A model generated the notes under the pieces. That model saw only the letters and a program-made list of their open reading frames with translations, had not been told where the DNA came from and made no database searches. This document shows, piece by piece, positions 18,948 to 28,430 of a stretch of DNA of 64,000 bases. The translations under genes and the position numbers were made by a program. Source of the stretch: a bacterium (GTDB lineage: Bacteria; Patescibacteriota; Dojkabacteria; SC72); the NCBI GenBank assembly GCA_021463465.1, contig JAJTYH010000003.1:147549-211548 (forward strand), read 5' to 3'. How positions within the stretch are numbered: the stretch's first letter is position 1; each line of letters begins with the position of its first letter.

Positions 18948-20764
18948 GTCTTAAGAATAGCCAAAAAAGCCTCCTGCGGAATATTGACTCTTCCAATCTG
19001 TTTAAGTCGCTTCTTACCCTTCTTCTGCTTATCCCAAAGCTTCATTCGGCGAGTGATGTCGCCTCCGTATAGCTTAGCTGTAACATCTTTTCGAAAAGCT
19101 TTGATATCTTCTCGGGCAATAATTTTTCCTCCAATCGCACCTTGTAGCGGGATTTGAAACTGTTGTTTAGGTATTACATCTTTCATGATTTCAAGTAACT
19201 TAGCCGCTCGAATTCTAGCTTGTTCTCGGGTTTCTAAGAAGCTTAAGGCATTTACTTCTTCATGGTTAACAATGATACTCACTTTGACCAAATCGACAGG
19301 GAAAAAATCTATGAACTCATACTCCATCGATGCGTATCCGCTGGAAATATTTTTCAATGTGTCGAAAAAGTCGGAAATAAGGGAGGCGAGGGGCATGTCG
19401 TATTGAAGATTAACATAGATATCTCCCATAATTTTCTCGTTGGAAGTGTTCAGGTATTTGGTATTAACATATTGTCCTCTTTTTTTCTGCATTAAATCCA
19501 TTATATGACCCATGTACTTTTCAGGAGTTAAAATTTCAGTTCGTACCCATGGTTCGGAAATTTCTGTCACAGTGGAACTGTCAGGCATTTCACTTGGGGT
19601 TTGTACAATCAATTTCTCTCCATCACTTTTGGTTATGTGATACTCCACTGTTGGTGCGGTGATTACCAAATCTACCCCATATTCTCGTTCCAATCTTTCT
19701 TGCACAATTTCCATGTGCAATAGCCCTAGGAAACCACATCTGAATCCTGATCCCAGCATTGTAGAACGTTGGTCAGTGTAGGTAAGGGCTGCATCATTTA
19801 AGGCGAGTTTGCTAAGTCCTATTTTGAGCATCTCATATCCTTCTGGGTCAGATGGGAAGAAGGTCGCAAAGACGTTTGGTTGAGGGGTTTGGTATCCGGG
19901 AAGCGGAGCTACCTTGTTGTCGGTGGTAATTGTATCACCGACCGTGAAATATTTGATATCTTTAAGCCCAGTTGCCATGTATCCGACCTCTCCCGCCTTC
20001 ATGTTTCGTGTCTCTTTAAGTTCAGGAGAAAAAATTCCCACCTCGGTAGGGAAGAAGGTCTCAGATTTTTGAAGTATGTAAAGTGGTTGGTCTTTCTTAT
20101 GCGAGTAGTTGTATTGGCCATCAAAAGCACGAAGTGCTACCACGACCCCTAGGTGTTCATCGTAGAATGAGTCGAAGATTAAAGCTTTGAAGGGTGCGTC
20201 TAAATCCCCAGTAGGTACTGGAGCTTTTTCCACTATGGCATCTAGTAACTGATCGACGTTTTGTCCGGTCTTGCCTGAGACCCTTATGATTTCTTCTCGC
20301 TCGAAGTTAAGAAGACCTGCAATTTCTTGTTCACGCTCTTCTAATTTAACACCATCCATATCAATCTTATTGATTACAGGAATGATCTTAAGCCCCAGGT
20401 CGAGTGCCTTGCGAGTATTTGAAATAGTTTGAGCCTGGATGCCTTGGGTTGCATCAATCAAAAGTATGGCGCAGTCACATGCTGCAAGTGAGCGGGAGAC
20501 TTCGTAAGAGAAATCTACATGGCCTGGGGTATCGATAAGATTTAGCTCATACCCTTTCCAATTCATTCTGACAGCCTGTAGTTTTATGGTAATACCTTTC
20601 TCTTGTTCGAGATCTAATCGATCAAGGATTCTCTCGGATCGTTTCTCTCTTTCAAGTACAGAGTGGGTGAGTTCCAACATTCGGTCAGCTAAAGTGGATT
20701 TACCATGATCGATATGGGCGATGATGGAAAAGTTACGAATTTTAGACATATCAAATGAAGGCAT
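18944..20764 (-). CDS. lepA: Elongation factor 4 (LepA)
   Basis: 'IRNFSIIAHIDHGKSTLADRMLE', 'DTPGHVDF', 'NKIDM'. C-terminal LepA-specific region ending 'VNIPQEAFLAILK'. Confidence 0.92.
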   Translation of the reverse strand: MPSFDMSKIRNFSIIAHIDHGKSTLADRMLELTHSVLEREKRSERILDRLDLEQEKGITIKLQAVRMNWKGYELNLIDTPGHVDFSYEVSRSLAACDCAILLIDATQGIQAQTISNTRKALDLGLKIIPVINKIDMDGVKLEEREQEIAGLLNFEREEIIRVSGKTGQNVDQLLDAIVEKAPVPTGDLDAPFKALIFDSFYDEHLGVVVALRAFDGQYNYSHKKDQPLYILQKSETFFPTEVGIFSPELKETRNMKAGEVGYMATGLKDIKYFTVGDTITTDNKVAPLPGYQTPQPNVFATFFPSDPEGYEMLKIGLSKLALNDAALTYTDQRSTMLGSGFRCGFLGLLHMEIVQERLEREYGVDLVITAPTVEYHITKSDGEKLIVQTPSEMPDSSTVTEISEPWVRTEILTPEKYMGHIMDLMQKKRGQYVNTKYLNTSNEKIMGDIYVNLQYDMPLASLISDFFDTLKNISSGYASMEYEFIDFFPVDLVKVSIIVNHEEVNALSFLETREQARIRAAKLLEIMKDVIPKQQFQIPLQGAIGGKIIAREDIKAFRKDVTAKLYGGDITRRMKLWDKQKKGKKRLKQIGRVNIPQEAFLAILKT

Positions 20765-20803
20765 ACCTGGTAATTATATGCTATTTAGGCTAAAAATGTA
20801 TAT

Positions 20804-21361
20804 TTACTTACATAGATAATTCAATGTTTGTGCTGAATCCAAAACAGCTGATTTGGTTTTAGTGATGGTTTCAAAATCTCCAATTAGTTCCATTGCTTGG
20901 GTAGGGTGATCATATTCAAATAAGTCTAATGTAAGCGTGTGATTATCTGGACGAAATATTGCCACTGACAGTTTGTCATCTGCTAGGTTACCAGGTGCAA
21001 TTATTGCCAAGAAATATGGATTACCTTCTTCGTAACAGATTGCTAACCCTCTTACTTTATCGCCTTCGACTAAACTTTGAAGTCTCTTGTTTCGTGTTGA
21101 AGTTTGATTTAAAGCGTCAAGAACAAAATTCATAAAGTATGTTTTTAATGGCTTCATCGAAACAGGCATTAAATCTACTCTGGGGCAGACAAAGATGGTC
21201 TTTTTCTCTTCGCTTACTTTTAATTTAATGGAATTACCCAACCCTAACTCCACATACATAATTATTGACTCGGCAATTTCTTGAATTGGGGTGTTTTTGA
21301 ATACTCTTAAAACTTCAGACTTCTTTGGATGTTCTTTTACAAGAGTTACTCCTGATGTCAT
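20804..21361 (-). CDS. Hypothetical protein
   Basis: 185-aa ORF, overlapping the upstream gene by 4 nt. Confidence 0.4.
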   Translation of the reverse strand: MTSGVTLVKEHPKKSEVLRVFKNTPIQEIAESIIMYVELGLGNSIKLKVSEEKKTIFVCPRVDLMPVSMKPLKTYFMNFVLDALNQTSTRNKRLQSLVEGDKVRGLAICYEEGNPYFLAIIAPGNLADDKLSVAIFRPDNHTLTLDLFEYDHPTQAMELIGDFETITKTKSAVLDSAQTLNYLCK

Positions 21362-21801
21362 AATTCAAGTCCTGGATATTCATCAGCTCTGCAAATCTCG
21401 ACTAAATTATCCCGTGTTCCTTGAATTATTCTTGGATCTGATGTGAACGTGAAGTAGACTGCCTTTAAAGTTCCTTTGTCATTTTGTTCTGGTACTTCGG
21501 AGATAACTGGAGGAATAACATAAAACTCTTCTCTATTAAGAAATTTCGTCAAAATCAATCCTAACGTTTCCTCAACAAATTTTACCTTATCATTAAAGTT
21601 TTCGTCGTTTTGTATTGTTACAGTTATGGATATACTCTTATTCTCATCAAATCTGGTTTCTGTTGTATTTGTAAAGGCTTCTTCACTGACAGTAAGTACA
21701 CCTTCTGAAATTAAATCCTTTAATGTAGTCTCTATTTCGCTTTTGGCTTGAGTGTATCTTTGTTCTAGTGAGTGATTAGGCTCCACATGGTCAGCTACCA
21801 T
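21358..21801 (-). CDS. Hypothetical protein
   Basis: 147-aa acidic ORF, with an ATGA overlap to the downstream gene. Confidence 0.4.
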   Translation of the reverse strand: MVADHVEPNHSLEQRYTQAKSEIETTLKDLISEGVLTVSEEAFTNTTETRFDENKSISITVTIQNDENFNDKVKFVEETLGLILTKFLNREEFYVIPPVISEVPEQNDKGTLKAVYFTFTSDPRIIQGTRDNLVEICRADEYPGLEL

Positions 21802-21857
21802 ATAATAAGGGTGAATATATTATAGGGTGTTATTTTACTACTTTAAGTGGCAAAAAT

Positions 21858-22415
21858 CTATTTTTGCACTATAGTAACCTCAACATTTTCGTTGAAGCGT
21901 AAGGGGGTAGAAGTATCGAACTTCAAATACATAATATCTTTAGTTCTGTCGGGGATCCTTATATTGGCGACGTTTGTTATCCCATTCTCATCCTGTATGA
22001 GATACTCTTTCTCACGGTAAATAAGGTAAAGAGGAATATTAGTTCGGTTTGAACTACCGCCAGTGACTTCAAGGTTCATTGCGCTTTCGTAATTATTGGA
22101 AAGTTGAAGTATTGGTTTGGAGTAGCTTCCGATGTCGTGTTTAATCATCTGTGCTTCATACTTGCTAACACCTTCACTTGGGAAGCTGATTCGTTCGTCT
22201 TTGAGGAAATCATGGACTCCGCCAACCATTACGACTGAAACATCTTTCTTACTTTCAACTCCGAGTACATTGTTTACCTGATTGGAACGAGGGGAAAGGT
22301 TTACAACCGTGAGAGCAGGGAGTACGAAGACAGCAAGGAGTAAAAAAAGGCCCACAGGGTCAAGGAATTTACCGAGTTTGTTGTATACCCTTTTGAATTC
22401 TCTACTAGCCATCAT
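21858..22415 (-). CDS. Hypothetical membrane-anchored extracytoplasmic protein
   Basis: N-terminal TM helix (LFLLLAVFVLPALTVV) followed by a soluble domain. Confidence 0.4.
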   Translation of the reverse strand: MMASREFKRVYNKLGKFLDPVGLFLLLAVFVLPALTVVNLSPRSNQVNNVLGVESKKDVSVVMVGGVHDFLKDERISFPSEGVSKYEAQMIKHDIGSYSKPILQLSNNYESAMNLEVTGGSSNRTNIPLYLIYREKEYLIQDENGITNVANIRIPDRTKDIMYLKFDTSTPLRFNENVEVTIVQK

Positions 22416-22963
22416 AGATATCTGTTGCTCTCCTCTGGGTATATTCTATCAGTTTCTGACTCAAATGTCTTAAGCAAACCCCAGGTTGAAAGTAGTGCGA
22501 GTGCTCCTCCTAGGATACCCACCCAGGAATAAGTCTGCATATTAACGCTGCTTGCGATTGTTACACCGGCAATTATCCAAAGAAAAACTGTCCAAATTAG
22601 CATATTTACCAAGTTGCTTTCTTGGCTTGTGACCCATTTCAAGATGTTTAGTCTGGTCAATTTGACGACAATTCTTGGATTGCTTTGTGCGCTTTTGAAA
22701 AGTGTAAGACGAATGAGCATGTAAAAGGTCGGTAGTGCTATCACAAGCAAAGTGATAAGGTTGGAAAATGAATTTACAAAAAGAGCTGATTGAATGTCAG
22801 TTAAATAAAGTTGAATAGTGAAGATGGAAGTAACATCATTAGTTACAAAGAAATTATTCCCGAGATAGGAAATGAGGAAAAAGACCGAAAGAAACTTACC
22901 AGTCACAAGCAGTGAAGCTGGCAAGATTGCACTTTTAAGCGCTTTTCTTAGCAGTTTCGACAT
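22412..22963 (-). CDS. Hypothetical polytopic membrane protein
   Basis: At least four hydrophobic helices. Its start overlaps the rpsT stop. Confidence 0.4.
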   Translation of the reverse strand: MSKLLRKALKSAILPASLLVTGKFLSVFFLISYLGNNFFVTNDVTSIFTIQLYLTDIQSALFVNSFSNLITLLVIALPTFYMLIRLTLFKSAQSNPRIVVKLTRLNILKWVTSQESNLVNMLIWTVFLWIIAGVTIASSVNMQTYSWVGILGGALALLSTWGLLKTFESETDRIYPEESNRYL

Positions 22964-23234
22964 TGGCGGCAGTAATTAGTTTGTTTAACTTTTTAGTTAA
23001 TCTCGAAATAGTTCGACCCGTGGATTTCTTGTTGAGTATATTTCGCTGAGAAGCTTTGCCAAGTACTTTGGCGACCTTAGGAAGAGCTTCTTTAGCCTTC
23101 TCAACATTGTTAGCCACAATGTACGTGTTGAAAGATTTAACAGATTTCTTCACTCGGTTTCGAACTCTATCGTTGAAAAGAGTGCGTCGCTGCGTTCGTC
23201 TTATATCTTTTTTAGAAGATGCGAGATTTGCCAT
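22935..23234 (-). CDS. rpsT: 30S ribosomal protein S20
   Basis: 'MANLASSKKDIRRTQRRTLFNDRVRNRVKKSVK' has S20-like start and composition. I chose the Met at 23234 rather than the ORF-track start at 23246. Confidence 0.8.
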   Translation of the reverse strand: MANLASSKKDIRRTQRRTLFNDRVRNRVKKSVKSFNTYIVANNVEKAKEALPKVAKVLGKASQRNILNKKSTGRTISRLTKKLNKLITAANVETAKKSA

Positions 23235-23325
23235 TTTTACAAACAAAATTTAAGAATGATTCTGAGCCGATTATATAGTTAAATTAATGGTTTGTAAACC
23301 AGTTGCTATGTGTTAAACTGAAAAT

Positions 23326-23751
23326 ATGAGGTTTGAAACCAAAGTCGCTATCCTTTTCGCAGTTTTATCTTTTTCCCTAATCTCTGTAGCCGTCTGGTTG
23401 AGGATGCAAAATGCCCAACAAGAGCTACGTAAAAGCGATTCTCAGGTGCAAGGGACTGCAGATTACTCACTTTATCCTTCAATCACCAACATTGCTCCCA
23501 ATATTGCGGTTGTGGATCAATTATACCGTTATGACATGGTTATTGTAGACGCAGACAGTGCACCGATAAATATAAGGGTGAAGATGTTGGAAGGACCAGC
23601 CTGGCTTAATATTGATAAATTTACCTTGAGTGGCGTACCTTCCTTTCCTCAAAGTGAGGCAAGTAAGGTTGTACTTGAAGTTAGCGACGGGGAGCATGTA
23701 ATATATTCCACATTCTATATCGTAATAATGCTTCCTGATGAAAACGAATAA
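23326..23751 (+). CDS. Small secreted protein with a putative Ig-like (cadherin-like) domain
   Basis: Signal/TM at the N-terminus. 'PAWLNIDKFTLSGVPS' resembles the 'putative Ig' domain signature (L..GL.LD..TG.ISGTP). Confidence 0.35.
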   Translation: MRFETKVAILFAVLSFSLISVAVWLRMQNAQQELRKSDSQVQGTADYSLYPSITNIAPNIAVVDQLYRYDMVIVDADSAPINIRVKMLEGPAWLNIDKFTLSGVPSFPQSEASKVVLEVSDGEHVIYSTFYIVIMLPDENE

Positions 23752-24127
23752 ACTGTTGTTTATAGGTATCCTTGTAACTGCGGTTATTACATCTGGACTC
23801 TTTGCTTACTATTTCGTTTATTTACCGAATAAAACTACTAGTAATGTAGGGGGGTGTAGTCCTACTAAATTCCGCCAGGAAAAGAATGGAGAAGAGTACT
23901 TTCTCTTTTGGACAACTCTTGATGAATGCACAGGATATGTCAAATATGGCAATACAGCGGAAGCCTTTCCTTATCTGGCAGTCGATCAGCAGGGAGTGGT
24001 CAAAGTCAGGGAGCATGAAGTAAAACTCTCAGGAATAACCAAAGGCAGCACGTACTATTTTGTAATCTTTTCGAACGAGAAAAGTTTTGGGAATGAAGGC
24101 AGACCTCTAATCCTTAGTTTCGAATAG
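23738..24127 (+). CDS. Small TM-anchored protein with an FN3/purple-acid-phosphatase-N-like domain
   Basis: TM anchor, then 'YFLFWTTLDECTGYVKYG...HEVKLSGITKGSTYYFVIFS'. The same W-T-[DT] / H-x-V / Y-x-F pattern occurs at the N-termini of the 1150-aa and 612-aa proteins further downstream. Confidence 0.4.
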   Translation: MKTNKLLFIGILVTAVITSGLFAYYFVYLPNKTTSNVGGCSPTKFRQEKNGEEYFLFWTTLDECTGYVKYGNTAEAFPYLAVDQQGVVKVREHEVKLSGITKGSTYYFVIFSNEKSFGNEGRPLILSFE

Positions 24128-25970
24128 TTTTATTCTTTTCTAGTTTCTCTATAAACTTCTCTTCGAAGTATCTCTGTGGATCATTTGATTTGAGACCAAT
24201 ATTTCTTACAGTCTTTCCAAGAGTTGAATTGATTAGCTTATTGCTCACATTTAATCCGCTTTGTGAGAAGTAGAAGAAGAGTCCAAGTAATATGGTGAAT
24301 ACCGCGAGTGCTACTCGTGAAATAGTACTGTCAAATAATGCTGTCTCAGGTGAAGTACAGTTTTGAGACACTGAAACAGAGACACTACTTCTTAGGCTAT
24401 CATCATCTTTTGGTGTATTTACTGGGATTGCAATAGCCTCATTTAGGTTACTGCCTGATAGAGCCGAGGAACTAACATTAGCGCTGAAACGTATTGTAAG
24501 GCTATCTCCCGAATCTATTGTCCAACCTCCATTAGTTGAAAAGGTAATTTGCTGAGTACTTCCAACAGTTTCTACATCAATAAAATCGCTATCATCGACC
24601 AATGAACCGTTAATATAAGTAGAATTGGTCTTGTAAGTAAATCCTAACGGCAGTTTATCTTCTATACGTGTAACTCCTTCATCATCTGAATCGGTATTTT
24701 GAATTGAGATTGTGTAAGTGAGTGAGTTACTACGTTCAACACAAGCGACCGAAGCGGTTTTATCTAGTGTGAAATCAGAAGTTTCTGTTTCTTCGTTTGG
24801 TTTTTCCTCTTGAGGGTTAGTTGGCTCCTCTTCTTCTGGTTCTTCTTCGTTAGGCTCCTCAGGTGTCTCTTCTACAGGATTCTTTGGCCCTTCTTGTATA
24901 GCTGGAATCTCAAATTCTCCAATACAGTTATCTGAATTAATCAAACTACCATCGACATATACTTGCGAAGAAATATTGAGGGTACCCATTTCATCATCGA
25001 TGACTGAGAACGATTTTCCGTCAATGAAATTGGAAGCAGAGTATAGGAAGGATTTGGTAAGGACTAGAGATGAACCCGACATTTGAGACTTAATGTTCTT
25101 AGTAGTTAAAGTCTCGCCAGTTTTACCCACCGTAAACTTCACAGAGAGTGTATTAGTAGGGGTTACTGATGCCATACTTAGGTTGATTTCGTTAACTTTT
25201 GGTTTCTGATTAGTATCGTTGACAACTTCAGCTCTTAATTCAGTGCAAGTTGGAGCGTTAGGCTTGTTTACTGTCAATACGCGGTTACAAGCTTCTGAGG
25301 TAATCTGTGCACCAGTCGTTGATTGACCGAAGGCTTGAATGCTCAGGGTATCAGAAGTTGAATAATCTGGGATTGTTGTAGTGACAAGATATTCTTTGTC
25401 GACTCCGGTTCCACTAGATGTAGCTTGGTCCTTTTGCATTTCTGTCTTAGCGCCGTTAACTACAAATGAGAATCCAGAATAGAAGTCCTGGTCAGGGGTT
25501 GTAATGTTTTTTGGAGTAGTGAATTTGGCTTTGATTGTAAGTTTTTGTCCTGGTTCGACCTTATTGGCATATCGCTTCTGTGCGGTGTCTTCGATAGAAA
25601 TATCGACACATCCTGGGTTGATTGCAAAATCATCAACACGGCAGGCAAGGGTGGTTTGGTTCTCCTCCTTAAGGCTTGAGGCTGTTCTTAGGTCACAGCT
25701 TGCCGAACAATTGTTGTTGCCTTGTATTGTACCTGTCTGGAATTCATAGGCCATCTTAGGATTAGCATCAGCACAGCTTTTGACTGTGTCAGTAGCTGCT
25801 ACAAAATAACAACCACAACCTTGCGATGCATTGGTATTTTGAGGTGAAATATCGTTGATTTTAAGATAGAAATATCCGGTTATCAAACTGGCTACCGCAA
25901 GTACTGCTGTAAATACCAATATAAGCGTTACTGTTTTTTTTGTACGTTTAGCTGCTGCTAAAGGATCCAT
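24114..25970 (-). CDS. Surface protein with a DUF11 ('conserved repeat') domain, an acidic linker and a C-terminal SPETAL-TM-basic tail
   Basis: N-terminal signal anchor. Acidic linker 'EETPEEPNEEEPEEEEPTNPQEEKPNEE'. The DUF11-like segment 'DKLPLGFTY' matches the D.LP.GL.FV signature. C-terminus 'SPETALFDSTISRVALAVFTILLGLFFYF' followed by Lys-rich residues. Confidence 0.5.
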   Translation of the reverse strand: MDPLAAAKRTKKTVTLILVFTAVLAVASLITGYFYLKINDISPQNTNASQGCGCYFVAATDTVKSCADANPKMAYEFQTGTIQGNNNCSASCDLRTASSLKEENQTTLACRVDDFAINPGCVDISIEDTAQKRYANKVEPGQKLTIKAKFTTPKNITTPDQDFYSGFSFVVNGAKTEMQKDQATSSGTGVDKEYLVTTTIPDYSTSDTLSIQAFGQSTTGAQITSEACNRVLTVNKPNAPTCTELRAEVVNDTNQKPKVNEINLSMASVTPTNTLSVKFTVGKTGETLTTKNIKSQMSGSSLVLTKSFLYSASNFIDGKSFSVIDDEMGTLNISSQVYVDGSLINSDNCIGEFEIPAIQEGPKNPVEETPEEPNEEEPEEEEPTNPQEEKPNEETETSDFTLDKTASVACVERSNSLTYTISIQNTDSDDEGVTRIEDKLPLGFTYKTNSTYINGSLVDDSDFIDVETVGSTQQITFSTNGGWTIDSGDSLTIRFSANVSSSALSGSNLNEAIAIPVNTPKDDDSLRSSVSVSVSQNCTSPETALFDSTISRVALAVFTILLGLFFYFSQSGLNVSNKLINSTLGKTVRNIGLKSNDPQRYFEEKFIEKLEKNKTIRN

Positions 25971-26047
25971 GAGCAGTTAAAAGGCGTAATATTACTACAA
26001 GTTTCAGTTTAATTAATATCATTTGCACTGTCAATGAATATACGCAT

Positions 26048-26977
26048 TTAGATGCGATTTAGAAGGAGGGTTAATCCTGTTTGAGGCTCAATATTTCCGC
26101 GTTTTATTTCGAAATCGAGACTGGCCATTTTCTCGTATAAGTACTTCATTTTGCCCCACTCACTTTTTTTGGCACTCAAAGAGAGTTGCGGAAGGGTAAA
26201 TGGAGGAATCCGTAGGACTGAACTTATGGTTTTAAAATCGGTATTCTTGTCTAACAAAGTTTTGACTTGAGTCAATAGCCGCAGGTTGCGTGCCATCATA
26301 GCAATTATGAAGTTGGGATCAACCTGTTGGTTATATAACCTTTCCAAGGTGGAGAATACCTCAACTTTATTATCTTGATTGATAGCATCTGTTAAATCCC
26401 AAATATCTTGCTCGTATGTATCCGTGGTGTTTTCAGTAATAATCTCCTTGGTTAACGTTTTGATTTCTAAGATTTCATATTTGTCTACCTCGTTAATTAA
26501 TCGTTCGGGGGAGTAGTTGACGCGCTGACATAGTAGCATTAAAGTGGCACGATCGCTTTTAATCCCAGCTTTTTCCAATTGTTCGGCCGCCCATTTGTAG
26601 AAATTAGGTTTGTTCATTAGTACTGATTCTTGTATGTTTTTCTTGAAAGCCTTGAAAAACTTCGTGTTTGAAGCAATTTTATGATCCTCCCAGAATACAA
26701 AGTGGTAACTATTTTCTAAAGTATCAAAAGATGAGATTAAGAATGATACTAGATCCTCCTTCCGCTTATTGCTAAAAAGTCTTTTGAGAAAGATAATTTT
26801 TGAAGTAGAGAAGAGAGGGTTAGTAGTGACTATGCTAATGATGCTTTCCGGACTTTTATCATGAGCCTCAACCACAACGATTTCAAATTCGGGGTTTTCC
26901 TGGCGTAATTGTTCTAGAAAGCCTTTTGCTTCCCTGAGGGATAAGAATTGCTCTTTGCCATGAAAGAGTTTTTTCAT
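26048..26977 (-). CDS. holA: Probable DNA polymerase III delta subunit (HolA-like)
   Basis: 309 aa. The size and the N-terminal Rossmann-like segment are compatible with HolA. The assignment is weak and rests on resemblance only. Confidence 0.4.
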   Translation of the reverse strand: MKKLFHGKEQFLSLREAKGFLEQLRQENPEFEIVVVEAHDKSPESIISIVTTNPLFSTSKIIFLKRLFSNKRKEDLVSFLISSFDTLENSYHFVFWEDHKIASNTKFFKAFKKNIQESVLMNKPNFYKWAAEQLEKAGIKSDRATLMLLCQRVNYSPERLINEVDKYEILEIKTLTKEIITENTTDTYEQDIWDLTDAINQDNKVEVFSTLERLYNQQVDPNFIIAMMARNLRLLTQVKTLLDKNTDFKTISSVLRIPPFTLPQLSLSAKKSEWGKMKYLYEKMASLDFEIKRGNIEPQTGLTLLLNRI

Positions 26978-26978
26978 C

Positions 26979-28415
26979 TTACTCTGTGTTAGCTTGATCT
27001 ACAACTAAGGGCTTGCCTAACAAGATGCTTACATCCTCTCCATTTAGATTAGTCTTTATATAGTCAGGTTGTGTTATATTCTCAGTTTTTAGGTAAGTCG
27101 CGAATTCGTTGGCAATTATTGAGAATTTGTTTTGGTGGGAGTAAACAACATCGCCCTTTTTGTTGGGAAAAAGCGTACCCATAAAGGTAATATCCAAGTA
27201 AGGGTACTTTTTCTTCATTCGAGTTACTTTCTTTACGGCTTCATTGTAGCCAATACCTGTATCATAAACCCTTATCTTAGCTGTGAGAGAGTAGATTTCA
27301 GGTTTGGTAAGGCACAACTGCACAAGCTCTTTGACTTGGGTGTAGTTATCAATACCCGCGAGAGGGGCAATTGCGTATGCGTTAGTGTAGGGGACGTTAG
27401 TTGTAAGTAATTGGTAGCCTCCGAATGAAGGCTCTAGTACGAAAGAATAAACCTTGCCAGGTTTTTCTTGATACTTTTTGGCCATATTGATTCCTGCTTG
27501 AATATCATTGTTGGTAACTTCTGATAACTTCACGTTGTCTTGAATTGCCTGCATTATGCTCAAAATCTTTTGAGGGTTAAGTAGGGTGTCGGTTGACACA
27601 ATCTTATCCTTAAGTGCTGAAATGACCTTCTGCTGTCTTTTGGCACGAGCGAAATCAGTACCCTCATTGTTATCTGAACTGTGTCGAGATCTAGCGTATT
27701 TAAGGGCCGTTTCTCCGTCCATTTTCTGTGGTCCCTTCTTGAATGTCACTGTCTCGTAGACAGGTTTGCGCTTGGATTCAGCTGGATATTGGTAGTCTGT
27801 GAAAGAATTTTCCACATTAACTGTAACTCCTCCCACTGCGTCAACAATTTTTTTGAAGCCCTGTAGATCAACTAAAGCGTGATATTGAATCTCGATTCCT
27901 GTAAGTGAAGTAAGCACATTTCTCAAATAGTTAAGTCCGTTACCCTTCTTAAGGCTTTCTCCGTGGGCATAAAAAGAATTTATCTTACTGTACCAGCCTT
28001 CATTTGGAATCTTAACGTACAAATCTCTTGGAACAGAAATCATTGTGATGTTGCCATTCTCATGGTTATAAGTCGCAATAATCATGGAGTCGGTGTTTTG
28101 TAAATCACTTTTTGCACTTCTGGTGTCGATTCCTACGATTAAGGCGGTTGTATATTTACCAGTACTATCTCTAGTCAGCTCAGGGTCCTTTTTGATTGGG
28201 TTTAATATGTCATCAGGTTGGAATTTAATCCCCACGTTATTTGAGAACTCGATGGCTCTGTAAGCCATAAAACCACCGCCAATGAGTAGTATCAGAAAAA
28301 TCCAGAATAACCACTTTTTCAATTTAGGTTTGGGTTTTACAGGAACTTGAACGCCATTAACAGTTGTAGTAACGGGTAAAGTTTTTTTAGCGTCCATATT
28401 CAGACTCAAAGCCAT
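26979..28415 (-). CDS. LytR-CpsA-Psr (LCP) family cell-wall glycopolymer phosphotransferase
   Basis: N-terminal TM, then an LCP core: 'ALIVGIDTRSAKSDLQNTDSMIIATYNHENGNITMISVPRDLYVKIP...SKINSFYAHGE'. Confidence 0.8.
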   Translation of the reverse strand: MALSLNMDAKKTLPVTTTVNGVQVPVKPKPKLKKWLFWIFLILLIGGGFMAYRAIEFSNNVGIKFQPDDILNPIKKDPELTRDSTGKYTTALIVGIDTRSAKSDLQNTDSMIIATYNHENGNITMISVPRDLYVKIPNEGWYSKINSFYAHGESLKKGNGLNYLRNVLTSLTGIEIQYHALVDLQGFKKIVDAVGGVTVNVENSFTDYQYPAESKRKPVYETVTFKKGPQKMDGETALKYARSRHSSDNNEGTDFARAKRQQKVISALKDKIVSTDTLLNPQKILSIMQAIQDNVKLSEVTNNDIQAGINMAKKYQEKPGKVYSFVLEPSFGGYQLLTTNVPYTNAYAIAPLAGIDNYTQVKELVQLCLTKPEIYSLTAKIRVYDTGIGYNEAVKKVTRMKKKYPYLDITFMGTLFPNKKGDVVYSHQNKFSIIANEFATYLKTENITQPDYIKTNLNGEDVSILLGKPLVVDQANTE

Positions 28416-28430
28416 TTTCTTTACGGATTA

